NCBI GenBank assembly: GCA_034666965.1
Contig: JAXDKT010000161.1
Coordinates: forward strand, 5,603-69,602
Source: Chloroflexota bacterium
GTDB taxonomy: Bacteria > Chloroflexota > Limnocylindria > Limnocylindrales > CSP1-4
Direction: 5' to 3'
Length of the DNA stretch: 64,000 bases
Shown: positions 44,749 through 56,323 of the stretch, piece by piece
How positions within the stretch are numbered: the stretch's first letter is position 1
Layout: each line of letters starts with the position of its first letter
Made by a program: the position numbers and the translations under genes
The notes under the pieces: model-generated
Database searches by the model: none
What the model was told of the DNA's origin: nothing
Seen by the model: the letters and a program-made list of their open reading frames with translations, nothing else

Positions 44749-45423
44749 TCAGCTCCGCCCGCGTTCCGCCGCCGGCTCACCGGCGAGCACCGCCCCGAGC
44801 TGGCCCAGGATCCTTGCGGTCGCGCCCCAGACCAGCAGCTCGGTGCCATCCGCGGCCCTGACCGGATAGGCCCCGTAGCGCAGCGGCCAATCGCGGACGG
44901 TTCGCTCGACGATCCGGATCGGGGCGTCCGGCAGAAAGCCGGACAGGGGCGCCTCGATGATCCGGGCGACCTCGACCGGGGAGGGCTCCAGGACGGGCGG
45001 CCGCTCGGCGATCGCCAGGATCGGCACCAGCGCGAAGAGACTGACCGGGATCCACACCTCGTCGAGCCGGCCGACGATCGTCAGCCCGGCCGCCACAGGG
45101 TCGAGGCCCACCTCCTCGGTCGCCTCGCGCAGGGCGGTGGCGACGATGTCCGCGTCACCGGGCTCGACCTTGCCGCCGGGAAAGCTGACCTCGCCCGAGT
45201 GGAGCCCGTCATAGGTCGGGCGTTCGGTCAGGATCACCCGGGCGGACCCGTCGGCGCCGGGCACGATCAGGACGAGGACGGCCGCCGGTCGGTCGGTGGC
45301 CGGCACCCGCGCGGCGAAGGAGCGGGCCCGGCCGTCGGTCAGCAGCGGGGTCAGCTCGGACGGACCGCCGGGCAGCGGGTCGGGCAACGAGCCCAGCCGC
45401 TCGCGCGCCGTCTCGATCCGCAT
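44749..45423 (-). CDS. NUDIX hydrolase, CoA-pyrophosphatase (NudL)-like
   Basis: Nudix box GEVSFPGGKVEPGDADIVATALREATEEVGL. Confidence 0.8.
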   Translation of the reverse strand: MRIETARERLGSLPDPLPGGPSELTPLLTDGRARSFAARVPATDRPAAVLVLIVPGADGSARVILTERPTYDGLHSGEVSFPGGKVEPGDADIVATALREATEEVGLDPVAAGLTIVGRLDEVWIPVSLFALVPILAIAERPPVLEPSPVEVARIIEAPLSGFLPDAPIRIVERTVRDWPLRYGAYPVRAADGTELLVWGATARILGQLGAVLAGEPAAERGRS

Positions 45424-45461
45424 CGCTGGCGGTCGGAAGGTCGAGCGGACCCGCGGGCGGG

Positions 45462-48215
<2,754 letters not shown>

Positions 48216-48266
48216 GGCGTGCCTCGGGATGCGTCGACGGAGTGCCTAGCCGATGGTAGACCCCTG

Positions 48267-48276
48267 ACAATATTGT
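48267..48276. promoter_or_regulatory. 10-bp palindrome ACAATATTGT in clpB upstream region
   Basis: Perfect palindrome inside the 83-bp dnaJ-clpB intergenic spacer. Flanks (cTGACAAT...ATTGTtg) partly resemble the HspR half-site TGTCAAG. Confidence 0.25.
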
Positions 48277-48298
48277 TGGTAGGTGGGCTGAGCCCGGG

Positions 48299-49396
48299 TC
48301 AATCGAGGCCCTGGCGCGGATCGGGCTGATCCACCAGCTCCACCAGTCGCTGGGCCGCCGCGCGGGCCTCCTTGGACAGGTTTGTGGGCAGGATCACCTT
48401 GACCCTGACCAGCAGGTCGCCGGTCGCGGGCTCGCCCGGCTTGGGCTTGAGCCGGGGCATGCCCTGGCCCTTGAGCCGGAAGGTCCGGCCGGGCTGGGTG
48501 CCCTCCGGGATCTTCAGACGCACCCGGCCCTTGAGGGTCTTGACCGTCACCTCGGCGCCGAGGAGCGCCTCGCCCAGGGTGATCGGCACCTCGCGAGTGA
48601 GGTCGGCCCCGATCCGGGTGTAGACCGGATGGGGTTTGACCCGGATCACCAGGTACAGGTCGGCCGGGTGGTCCGGATCGCCACCGCCCCGGCCCTTCAG
48701 CCGGATGCGGCTGCCCGTCTCGACTCCCCGCGGGACCGTCACCTCGAGACGCTTGCCGTCGACGGAGATCAGCCGCTTGGTGCCGTGAAAGGCCTCCTCG
48801 AGGGTGACCTCGACCTCGGCCTCGACACTCGGGGTCCGGGCCGGGCTCCGAGTCTGCCTCCGCCCGCCCGGGCTCGAGCCGAACCCGTCGGCCGTCCCGG
48901 TCGTCCCGCCCAGGCCCATGCCCGCCAGGATGTCGTCGAACGACGCCCCGCCCGCGGCCGTCCGCGATCCTCGCCCTCCGGTCCGCGGGCGAGTCCCGGT
49001 CGCGGCGCCCTCGAAGAACGTCCGGAAGAAGTCGCTGAACTCGCCGGAGTCGGCACTGGTCCGGTACTCGTAGCGGACGTTGCCGCCGTCCGACCTGCCG
49101 AAGCCGGCATAGGGGCTGTCCGGCCCGAACGGGTCGGCCCCGGCCGCGCCGCCGCTGGCCTGGTAGGCCTCCCAGTTGGCCCCGAGCTCGTCGTAGAGCT
49201 TGCGCTTCTCAGGATCGGACAGGACCGCGTTGGCCTCGTTGATCTCCTTGAACCGGCGCTCGGCCGAGGCGTCGCCCGGCTTCAGGTCGGGGTGGTGCTG
49301 CCGGGCGAGCTTCCGGAAGGCTCGCTTGACGTCGGCTTGGGACGCTCCCCGGTCGACGCCCAGGACCTTGTAGTAGTCGCGGTAGTCAACCGCCAC
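48299..49396 (-). CDS. J-domain co-chaperone (DnaJ/CbpA type, no zinc-finger domain)
   Basis: DYYKVLGV...HPDL J-domain with HPD. Gly-rich linker. DnaJ C-terminal domains. No CxxCxGxG repeats. Confidence 0.85.
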   Translation of the reverse strand: MAVDYRDYYKVLGVDRGASQADVKRAFRKLARQHHPDLKPGDASAERRFKEINEANAVLSDPEKRKLYDELGANWEAYQASGGAAGADPFGPDSPYAGFGRSDGGNVRYEYRTSADSGEFSDFFRTFFEGAATGTRPRTGGRGSRTAAGGASFDDILAGMGLGGTTGTADGFGSSPGGRRQTRSPARTPSVEAEVEVTLEEAFHGTKRLISVDGKRLEVTVPRGVETGSRIRLKGRGGGDPDHPADLYLVIRVKPHPVYTRIGADLTREVPITLGEALLGAEVTVKTLKGRVRLKIPEGTQPGRTFRLKGQGMPRLKPKPGEPATGDLLVRVKVILPTNLSKEARAAAQRLVELVDQPDPRQGLD

Positions 49397-49406
49397 CGCG
49401 ACCTCG

Positions 49407-51899
49407 TCAGTCTCCGGCGGCCGGCCGGGCCACGACCGACGGCTGGTCGCTCGTCGGGAATGTCGGCGGCCGAACGCTGGTCGTGGGGCGTTCCACCCCG
49501 CCGCCCGGCGCGCCGCTGGGACGCGGTGCCAGCGGCTTCGGCCGACGACGCAGGGCCGCTTCGAGGACGCTGTCCATCGAGTCGACCAGGACGAGCTTGG
49601 TCTGCTTGCGGATCTCCTCCGGGATGTCGCGCAGGTCCTTCTCGTTCTTCTTGGGCAGGATCACCATCTTCGCCCCGGACAGGTGGGCCGCCAGGATCTT
49701 GCTCTTGAGCCCACCGATCGGAAGCACGCGGCCCCGGAGGGTGATCTCGCCCGTCATCGCCACGTCCTTGCGGACGGGAATGCCGGTGAAGGCACTGACC
49801 ATCGCCGTGGCCATCGTGACTCCGGCTGACGGGCCGTCCTTGGGGATCCCGCCGGCGGGCACGTGGATGTGGAGGGTGTTCTTCTCGAACACCTCGCGCT
49901 CGATCCCGAGGCGGCCCGCGTTGGCCCGGATCCAGGACAGCGCGGCACGAGCCGACTCACGCATGACCTCGCCCAGCTGGCCGGTCAAGATGAAGTCCTC
50001 CTTGCCCTCCATGCGGGTCACCTCGACCGCGACGATGTCGCCGCCGACCTCGGTCACGACGAGTCCGGTCGCCGCCCCGATCTGGTCTTCGGCCTCCAGC
50101 TCGCCGTACTCGAAGCGCGGGGGCCCAAGATACTCGTCGAGCTTCTTGACGTCGACCACCGTCTTGCGCTTGCGGCCTTCGGCGACCGAGCGAGCCACCT
50201 TGCGCATGATGTTGGCGATCTCGCGCTCGAGGTTTCGAACGCCGGCTTCGTGGGTGTAGGCCTGCACGAGCTCGGTCATGGCCTCGTCCGTGATCTCGAT
50301 GTGCTTGGGCTTCAGTCCGTGATTCGTCATCTGCTTCGGGATCAGGAAGCGGCGCCCGATCTCGGCCTTTTCCTGCTGCGTGTAGCCGGGCAGCTGGATG
50401 ACCTCCATCCGGTCGCGCAGAGGCGCCGGGATCGGGTCGATCAGGTTGCCCGTTGCGATGAACAGGACCTTGCTCAGGTCGAACGGCACCTCGAGGTAGT
50501 TGTCCTGGAAGCTGTTGTTCTGCTCCGGATCGAGGACCTCGAGCAGGGCCGAGCTCGGATCGCCGCGGAAGTCCATGCCGATCTTGTCGACCTCGTCGAG
50601 CATGAACACCGGGTTGTTCGTGCCGGCCGTCTTGATGTTCTGAATGACCCGGCCCGGGAGGGCACCGATGTAGGTCCGGCGGTGGCCCCGGATCTCGGCC
50701 TCGTCGTGGATGCCGCCGAGGCTCATCCGCACGAACTTGCGGCCCATGGCTCGGGCGACGCTCTTGCCCAACGAGGTCTTGCCCACTCCGGGCGGGCCGA
50801 CCAGGGCCAGGATCGGGCTGCGAATCGTGTCGGCCAGAGAGCGGACCGCGAGGTATTCGAGGATCCGCTCCTTGATCTTCTCCAGGCCGTAGTGGTCCTC
50901 GTCGAGGATCTTGGCGGCCTCCTTGATGTCGAGCCGGTCGTCGGTGGACGTGTTCCAGGGCAAGCCGACCAGCCAGTCGACGTACGTCCGGATGACGCCG
51001 ACCTCAGGTGAGGCTGACGGGATCCGGCTCATCCGGTCGATCTCCTTGATCGCGCGGGCCTTGATCTCCTCGGGCATCCCGGCGGCCTCGACCTTGTCGC
51101 GCAGCTCGTTGATCTCGGCCTGCTGGGGATCGTCCTCACCCAGCTCGCGCTGGATCGCCTTGAGCTGCTCGCGCAGGATGTATTCGCGCTGGGTCTTGTC
51201 CATCTCGGACTTGACCTCGGACTGGATCTTGCCCTTCAACTCGAGGATCTCGACCTGCTGGGCGAGGAACGCCTGGACGAGCTTGAGTCGCTCGACCACG
51301 TCGATCGTCTCGAGCAGCTCCTGGCGCTGCTCGGTGGACATGTCGGGGCTGTAGGCGACCATGTCTGCCAGGAGGCCCGGCTCGGTGATGTTCCGGGCGG
51401 CCACGGCGGCCTCGGGCGGGACGGGTGCGCCGTTGGCGACGTACTGCTCGATGCCGGCCTGGACCGTACGCATCAGCGCCTGGACCTCCACCCCGCCGGG
51501 CGAGGCGTCCGCGATCTCCTCGACCGAGGCCACGATGTAGGGGCTGGTCTGCGAGAACTTGCGCACCCGCAGCCGGCCCTGGCCCTGGACGATGGCCCGG
51601 ACGGTGCCGTCCTGGAGCTGAACCACCTGGGCGATCTTGGCCAGGGTCCCGATCTCGTAGAGCTCGGACGGGTTCTCGATCTCCTCCTGCTCCGGTCGGC
51701 GCTGGGTCACCAGCGCGATCGGCCCGCCGCTCTCGACGGCCGCATTGAGGGCATTCACGCTCTTCTCGCGCCCGACCTGGAGGGGCACGATCATCTCCGG
51801 AAAGATGACCGTCTCCCGGAGTGCCACGAGGGGCAGCTCGCGCGTGGTCGATCCGGATCCAGCCTTTGGCTTGTCCGGGGTCTTGGGTCGATCAGACAT
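49407..51899 (-). CDS. lon: ATP-dependent Lon protease
   Basis: LON N-domain, AAA+ ([15 protein letters not shown]), and protease domain with Ser ([12 protein letters not shown]) and Lys ([19 protein letters not shown]). The ATG at 51899 overlaps the hspR stop; TTG 51902 is an alternative. Confidence 0.9.
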   Translation of the reverse strand: MSDRPKTPDKPKAGSGSTTRELPLVALRETVIFPEMIVPLQVGREKSVNALNAAVESGGPIALVTQRRPEQEEIENPSELYEIGTLAKIAQVVQLQDGTVRAIVQGQGRLRVRKFSQTSPYIVASVEEIADASPGGVEVQALMRTVQAGIEQYVANGAPVPPEAAVAARNITEPGLLADMVAYSPDMSTEQRQELLETIDVVERLKLVQAFLAQQVEILELKGKIQSEVKSEMDKTQREYILREQLKAIQRELGEDDPQQAEINELRDKVEAAGMPEEIKARAIKEIDRMSRIPSASPEVGVIRTYVDWLVGLPWNTSTDDRLDIKEAAKILDEDHYGLEKIKERILEYLAVRSLADTIRSPILALVGPPGVGKTSLGKSVARAMGRKFVRMSLGGIHDEAEIRGHRRTYIGALPGRVIQNIKTAGTNNPVFMLDEVDKIGMDFRGDPSSALLEVLDPEQNNSFQDNYLEVPFDLSKVLFIATGNLIDPIPAPLRDRMEVIQLPGYTQQEKAEIGRRFLIPKQMTNHGLKPKHIEITDEAMTELVQAYTHEAGVRNLEREIANIMRKVARSVAEGRKRKTVVDVKKLDEYLGPPRFEYGELEAEDQIGAATGLVVTEVGGDIVAVEVTRMEGKEDFILTGQLGEVMRESARAALSWIRANAGRLGIEREVFEKNTLHIHVPAGGIPKDGPSAGVTMATAMVSAFTGIPVRKDVAMTGEITLRGRVLPIGGLKSKILAAHLSGAKMVILPKKNEKDLRDIPEEIRKQTKLVLVDSMDSVLEAALRRRPKPLAPRPSGAPGGGVERPTTSVRPPTFPTSDQPSVVARPAAGD

Positions 51900-52276
51900 C
51901 AACGGGTCTCCTGTGGAGCGGCGCTCCGGTTGTGCTGGCCGCCGTAGTCAGCGTGCGTCTCGGCGTCGGTTTTTCTGGCATTGGCTTCATCGAAGAGGGT
52001 CTCCAGGATCCGGGTCCCGAGGCGCTCCTCGAGCTCGAACAAGATCCGGATGCCGGCGAGATTCACCCCACGGTCCTGGGTCAGGTGGCGGATCCACAGC
52101 ACCCGGCGGATATCGTCCTCGCTGTAGAGCCGGATGTTGGACGGAGTCCGGGCCGGACAGAGCAGGCCCTCGTCCTCATAGATCCGCAGCGTGCGGGGGT
52201 GGACCCGGACCAGACCCGCGGCCACGCTGATGACGTAGACGGGACGAGCTGGGTCCTGTTCGAGCCGGTTTCTCAT
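51899..52276 (-). CDS. hspR: MerR-family heat-shock repressor HspR
   Basis: PVYVISVAAGLVRVHPRTLRIYEDEGLL...RLYSEDDIRRVLWIRHLTQDRGVNLAGI. Trimmed to ATG 52276; the upstream part of the track ORF is a TTG-initiated extension. Confidence 0.8.
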   Translation of the reverse strand: MRNRLEQDPARPVYVISVAAGLVRVHPRTLRIYEDEGLLCPARTPSNIRLYSEDDIRRVLWIRHLTQDRGVNLAGIRILFELEERLGTRILETLFDEANARKTDAETHADYGGQHNRSAAPQETR

Positions 52277-52295
52277 GTGAACGACAGAGTAAAAC

Positions 52296-52316
52296 CTTGA
52301 CAATGGTGTTGTCAAG
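52296..52316. promoter_or_regulatory. HAIR-like HspR operator: perfect inverted repeat CTTGACA-N7-TGTCAAG
   Basis: 21-bp perfect IR 19 nt upstream of the hspR ATG. Resembles HAIR consensus CTTGAGT-N7-ACTCAAG. The left arm also supplies a TTGACA -35-like hexamer on the coding strand. Confidence 0.6.
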
Positions 52317-52486
52317 AGATTGGGCAAGGACGCCTCCCAACCGATGAGTGTCCAGCACTGAACCGCCGGCCTCCGGCGCGTTCGACCCCGAGGCGCCCGC
52401 GCTTCCCCGAGGCGCCCGCGCTTCAGCTGGGCTGCCGGTGGCGCCGGTGCTGCCCGATGGATCCGGCCGGGCGGCTACCCGACGGA

Positions 52487-53173
52487 TCAGGCCTTGGCTG
52501 GCTCGAGCGTCTCGCCGTCGCCGATGAGCTCGCCATGAAGGGCCGCCTCGCATTCGGCCCGGCCGATGGCGATGACCTTGTCACCTGAGGCGAGGATCGT
52601 GTCCGGCCGGATGGGGATGGCGCTCCCACCGCGGATAACCGCGAAGAGGGCACAGCCCTCGGGCATCGGCACCTCACGGGCGGCCCGGCCGATCGCCGGA
52701 GAGCCCTCGCGCAGCTGAGCCTCGATGATCTCGAGCTCGCCGCCACCCAGACCGGCCAGGTGGAGCAGCTCGTGGACCGGAATGTCCTGCTCGATCGAGC
52801 CCAGGATCATCCGGGTGGGACTGATCAGCTCGTCGACGCCCAGGTGCCGGAAGAGCGCCTCGTTCTTGGGGTTGTTGACCCGGGCGATCGTCCGCGGGAC
52901 GTCGAAATGATGCTTGGCCATCTGACAGATGACGAGGTTGTCCTCGTCGTCGCCGGTCACGGCGGCGACCACGTCCGCCCGCTCGCAGCCCGCCTCGGCC
53001 AGATGGTTCCCCTCGCAACCGTCCCGGGTCACCACGATGGAGCCGAGGTCGTCGGCGATCTGCGCCGCTCGCGCGGCGTCCTTCTCCATCAGCACGACTT
53101 CGTGGCCGGACCCGATCAGCTCCTTGGCCAGGTAGTAGCCGACCTTGCCACCCCCGACAACCAGCACGAACAT
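52487..53173 (-). CDS. trkA: RCK-domain K+ transport regulator (TrkA-N plus TrkA-C), ceoC-like
   Basis: MFVLVVGGGKVGYYLAKEL (Rossmann GxGxxG) plus C-terminal TrkA-C segment. Confidence 0.8.
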   Translation of the reverse strand: MFVLVVGGGKVGYYLAKELIGSGHEVVLMEKDAARAAQIADDLGSIVVTRDGCEGNHLAEAGCERADVVAAVTGDDEDNLVICQMAKHHFDVPRTIARVNNPKNEALFRHLGVDELISPTRMILGSIEQDIPVHELLHLAGLGGGELEIIEAQLREGSPAIGRAAREVPMPEGCALFAVIRGGSAIPIRPDTILASGDKVIAIGRAECEAALHGELIGDGETLEPAKA

Positions 53174-53176
53174 GGC

Positions 53177-53698
53177 TCAGGCCTCCCCGGCCGGCCGGGC
53201 GCCGACCGCCGCCATGGCCGGGTCCGCTCGGTCGGGCCCAATCGGATCGTCATGGTGAGGGTGGGGGGCCGCATCGCGCACACCCGGCGCCGGCCCGACG
53301 GGCAGGCCCAGGTGAGCGAGCAGGGCGTGGGCCATCAGGTCCGTCCGACAGATCGTGGCGATGCCCAGGTCGGCGTAGGCCTCGGCGCGGACCGTGTCGT
53401 TGATCTTGGCCACCACCCGCCCGATCCCGAGGACCTCGGTGGCCAGCTGGGCGGCCATCACGTTGCGGTTGTCGCCTTCGGTCAGGGCTAGGAACACGTC
53501 GGCTCCGGCGGCACCCGCCCGGCGGAGGGTGTCCTCATCGGTCCCGTCACCGCGAATGGCCTCGCCCGCGAAGGTCGACGGCAGCCGTTCGAAGGCCGCC
53601 GTCGAGAGATCCACGATCGTGACCTGATGGCCGCGGGTGTCGAGATCGGCGGCGAGGTTGGCCCCGACCCGGCCGCACCCGACGATGACGATGTTCAT
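53177..53698 (-). CDS. RCK-domain protein (TrkA-N), ceoB-like
   Basis: MNIVIVGCGRVGANLAADL ... ADVFLALTEGDNRNVMAAQLA. Confidence 0.75.
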   Translation of the reverse strand: MNIVIVGCGRVGANLAADLDTRGHQVTIVDLSTAAFERLPSTFAGEAIRGDGTDEDTLRRAGAAGADVFLALTEGDNRNVMAAQLATEVLGIGRVVAKINDTVRAEAYADLGIATICRTDLMAHALLAHLGLPVGPAPGVRDAAPHPHHDDPIGPDRADPAMAAVGARPAGEA

Positions 53699-54156
53699 TT
53701 GCTCAGCTCCTCGGTCATCGGCTCACGGATGACCATCACGGCACAGGGCGCGTTCTTGAGCGCGTAGGGGACCGTTCGCCCGATGGCGAAGTCACCCCCG
53801 AATCGCTTCCGGTAGGGCAGGCCCAGGATGAGCATGTCCGCGTCGCGCTCGGTCGCCTCGTCCACGATCGCGGCGCCCACGTCGCGGGCCTGGAACAGGA
53901 CCGTCTCGATGGGCATCTTCTCGGCTTCGGCCGTTCCTTCGACCATGTCGAGCACGCGTTGCGCCTCCTCGGATCGCCCGGCGACGTCGGCGTCGAGGGG
54001 CAGGCTCCAGCCGATCTCCACGACGTGGACCGCGATGAGCTCGGCCTTGTTGGGTCGAGCCAGGGCGCACGCGATTCGGACGATGCGCTGGTCGCTCGAG
54101 CCACCACTCACCGCGAGGACGACGCGCTTGACGATCTCGTGGCTGGGCTCGGGCAT
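53695..54156 (-). CDS. universal stress protein (UspA family)
   Basis: VVLAVSGGSSDQRIV ... DMLILGLPYRKRFGG ... PCAVMVI (ATP-binding Usp motif). Confidence 0.8.
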   Translation of the reverse strand: MPEPSHEIVKRVVLAVSGGSSDQRIVRIACALARPNKAELIAVHVVEIGWSLPLDADVAGRSEEAQRVLDMVEGTAEAEKMPIETVLFQARDVGAAIVDEATERDADMLILGLPYRKRFGGDFAIGRTVPYALKNAPCAVMVIREPMTEELSK

Positions 54157-54262
54157 CGGCGGTCACGATACCACCGGACCGGCAGCCGGTCCCGGCCGCA
54201 CCGGGATGGTGGTGCCCCGCCGCGCCGGGCTTCGGCCGCGGTCCGCCGGGCTTCGGCCGCGG

Positions 54263-56323
54263 TCAGCCGCCCGTCGGCTTTTCGTTGCCGTCGGTCGGCG
54301 TCGACTGGCCGAAACCGCCGGGGTCCTCGCGCCGGTAGGGGGCGTTCACGACGACCGTCTGCGGGCGACCGAGGAGGACCGTCCGGAGGCGTTTGGCCGA
54401 TTGGTTGTAGAGCAGTCGCTCCCACCAGTGACGGGCGACGTACTCGGGGATCACCACGAACGTGATCGGCTCCTCCTTGTCGGGCGGCCAGGCCCGGTCG
54501 AGGACGTCGAGATAGGCCAGCAGCGGTCCGATCAGGGCCCGATAGGGCGACTCGACCACGACCAGCGGTACGCCCGGCATCTGACGCTCCCAGCGCTCGC
54601 GCATCTCGGCGGTCTGGTCCGGGTCGTCCGAGATGTACACCGCCCGGATGTCGTCGCTGATCGACCGGCCGACGTTGATCGCCTGGACGACCGCCCGGTT
54701 CAGTCCGGGGACGGGAACCACGACCCGTTCCTCGCGTCGCGGCTCGCCGCCGACGTAGTTCGGTCGGATCGCCAGCTGCGCCCCCGACGCGGCGTACTGG
54801 CGGCTGATGAACAGCATCATCCCGACCAGGAGCGGAGTGAGGATGACCACCAGGTAGGCGCCGTCGAAGAACTTGACCGAGACGACGACGAGGAAGACGA
54901 CGAATGTCAGCAGCGCACCGAATGCATTGACCGCGGCGCGCCAGGTCCAGCCCGGCTCGCGCGCGCTGAGCCAGTGCTTGACCATCCCGATCTGCGACAG
55001 CGTGAAGCACACGAACACGCCGACCGAGTAGAGCGGGATCAGGGCGTGCGTGTCGCCCCGGAAGGCCCACAGCAGGCCGAACGCGACCGCGGCCAGCAGA
55101 ACGATCCCCCACGAGTACGCCAGGCGATCGCCGCGGAACGAGAACTGGCGGGGCATGTAGCCGTCCTGGGCCAGGATCGCGGCCAGCCGCGGGAACGCGT
55201 TGAAGCTGGTGTTGGCGGCCAGGAACAGGATCAGGGCGGTGCTGATCGCGAAGGCCGGCAGCAGCGGAGAGCCGGAGCCGAAGACCGCCGTGGCGACGAC
55301 GGCCACGACCGATGGCCCGCCGGGTGCCGACGGGAGGACCTGGTAGGCCCGGGCGATGACGGTGATCCCGATGAACAGCACGCCCAGCAGCACGGCCATG
55401 ATCGTCAGCGTGTTGGCGGCGTTCTTGGCCTCCGGGGGTTTGAACGCGGGTACCCCGTTGGCGATGGCCTCGACCCCGGTCAGGGCGACCGAGCCGCCGG
55501 CGAAGGCCTTGAGCAGGAGGAAGACCGTGAGGGCCTCGGGATGGGCCACGAAGACGTCGGTCTGGCGGACCGGGACGACGCTGCCGGTCAGTACGTGGAA
55601 CAAGCCGATGCCGACCATCAGCAGGGCCAGGCCAACGAACAGGTAGGTCGGGATCGCAAAGATGTTGCCCGACTCCCGGAGCCCGCGCAGGTTGCCGATG
55701 GTGATCAGCATGATCGACGCGAAGGCCACCTCGATCCGGATGTCGTAGACCGCCGGCATGATCGACTGGATCTGCTCGATCGCCGACGCGGTCGAGACCG
55801 CCACGGTCATCACGTAGTCGATGAGCAACGCCGCGGCGGCGACCAGCCCGAGCAGCGGCGACAGATTCTGGCGGGCGACGACGTAGGCGCCGCCGCCGTT
55901 GGGGTAGGCCCGGCAGACCTGCCGGTATGACACCGACACCACGGCCAGCAGCACGGCGATCGCGATCGATACCCCCACCGAGTAGGCCAGTGCGCCCACG
56001 GCCGCGGCGGCGATCAGGACCTTGAGGATCTCCTCGGTGGCGTACGCCGACGAGGAGATCGCGTCCGAGCTGAAGATCGCCAGGGCCTTCTTCTTGGACA
56101 GCCGTTCGCCGATCTCCTCCTCGTTCGCCAGGGGCCGGCCGATGACCAACCTGCGCAGCCGCGACAGGGCCCGACCGGCCGGCGTCGCGGGGCGACTGGC
56201 GGCCTCCTTGGCCACGAGCTGACCGGGCCCGGTGTACCGGAAATATGGGCTGTGCGGGCGATCCACCCGAACCCGGCGATCTGCGGGTTTACGCCCCGGG
56301 AGGGGGCGCCGTCCTCCGATCAT
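54263..56323 (-). CDS. kimA: KimA-family (APC-superfamily) K+/H+ symporter with cytoplasmic C-terminal domain, copy 1
   Basis: RLVIGRPLANEEEIGERLSKKKALAIFSSDAISSSAYATEEIL...SYRQVCRAYPNGGGAYVVARQNL...LIDYVMTVAVS aligns near-colinearly with B. subtilis KimA (RFLIGKPLKS...LKALAMLSSDALSSVAYGTEQIL...SYRQIIYAYPQGGGAYIVSKENL). 12 TMs plus an approx. 190-aa C-domain. Confidence 0.8.
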   Translation of the reverse strand: MIGGRRPLPGRKPADRRVRVDRPHSPYFRYTGPGQLVAKEAASRPATPAGRALSRLRRLVIGRPLANEEEIGERLSKKKALAIFSSDAISSSAYATEEILKVLIAAAAVGALAYSVGVSIAIAVLLAVVSVSYRQVCRAYPNGGGAYVVARQNLSPLLGLVAAAALLIDYVMTVAVSTASAIEQIQSIMPAVYDIRIEVAFASIMLITIGNLRGLRESGNIFAIPTYLFVGLALLMVGIGLFHVLTGSVVPVRQTDVFVAHPEALTVFLLLKAFAGGSVALTGVEAIANGVPAFKPPEAKNAANTLTIMAVLLGVLFIGITVIARAYQVLPSAPGGPSVVAVVATAVFGSGSPLLPAFAISTALILFLAANTSFNAFPRLAAILAQDGYMPRQFSFRGDRLAYSWGIVLLAAVAFGLLWAFRGDTHALIPLYSVGVFVCFTLSQIGMVKHWLSAREPGWTWRAAVNAFGALLTFVVFLVVVSVKFFDGAYLVVILTPLLVGMMLFISRQYAASGAQLAIRPNYVGGEPRREERVVVPVPGLNRAVVQAINVGRSISDDIRAVYISDDPDQTAEMRERWERQMPGVPLVVVESPYRALIGPLLAYLDVLDRAWPPDKEEPITFVVIPEYVARHWWERLLYNQSAKRLRTVLLGRPQTVVVNAPYRREDPGGFGQSTPTDGNEKPTGG

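Noticed and set aside
48216-48298. A full HspR (HAIR) operator upstream of clpB
   Set aside because: Only a 10-bp palindrome with partial half-site similarity is present. It does not reproduce the 7-N7-7 architecture seen upstream of hspR, so it is reported only as a weak candidate.
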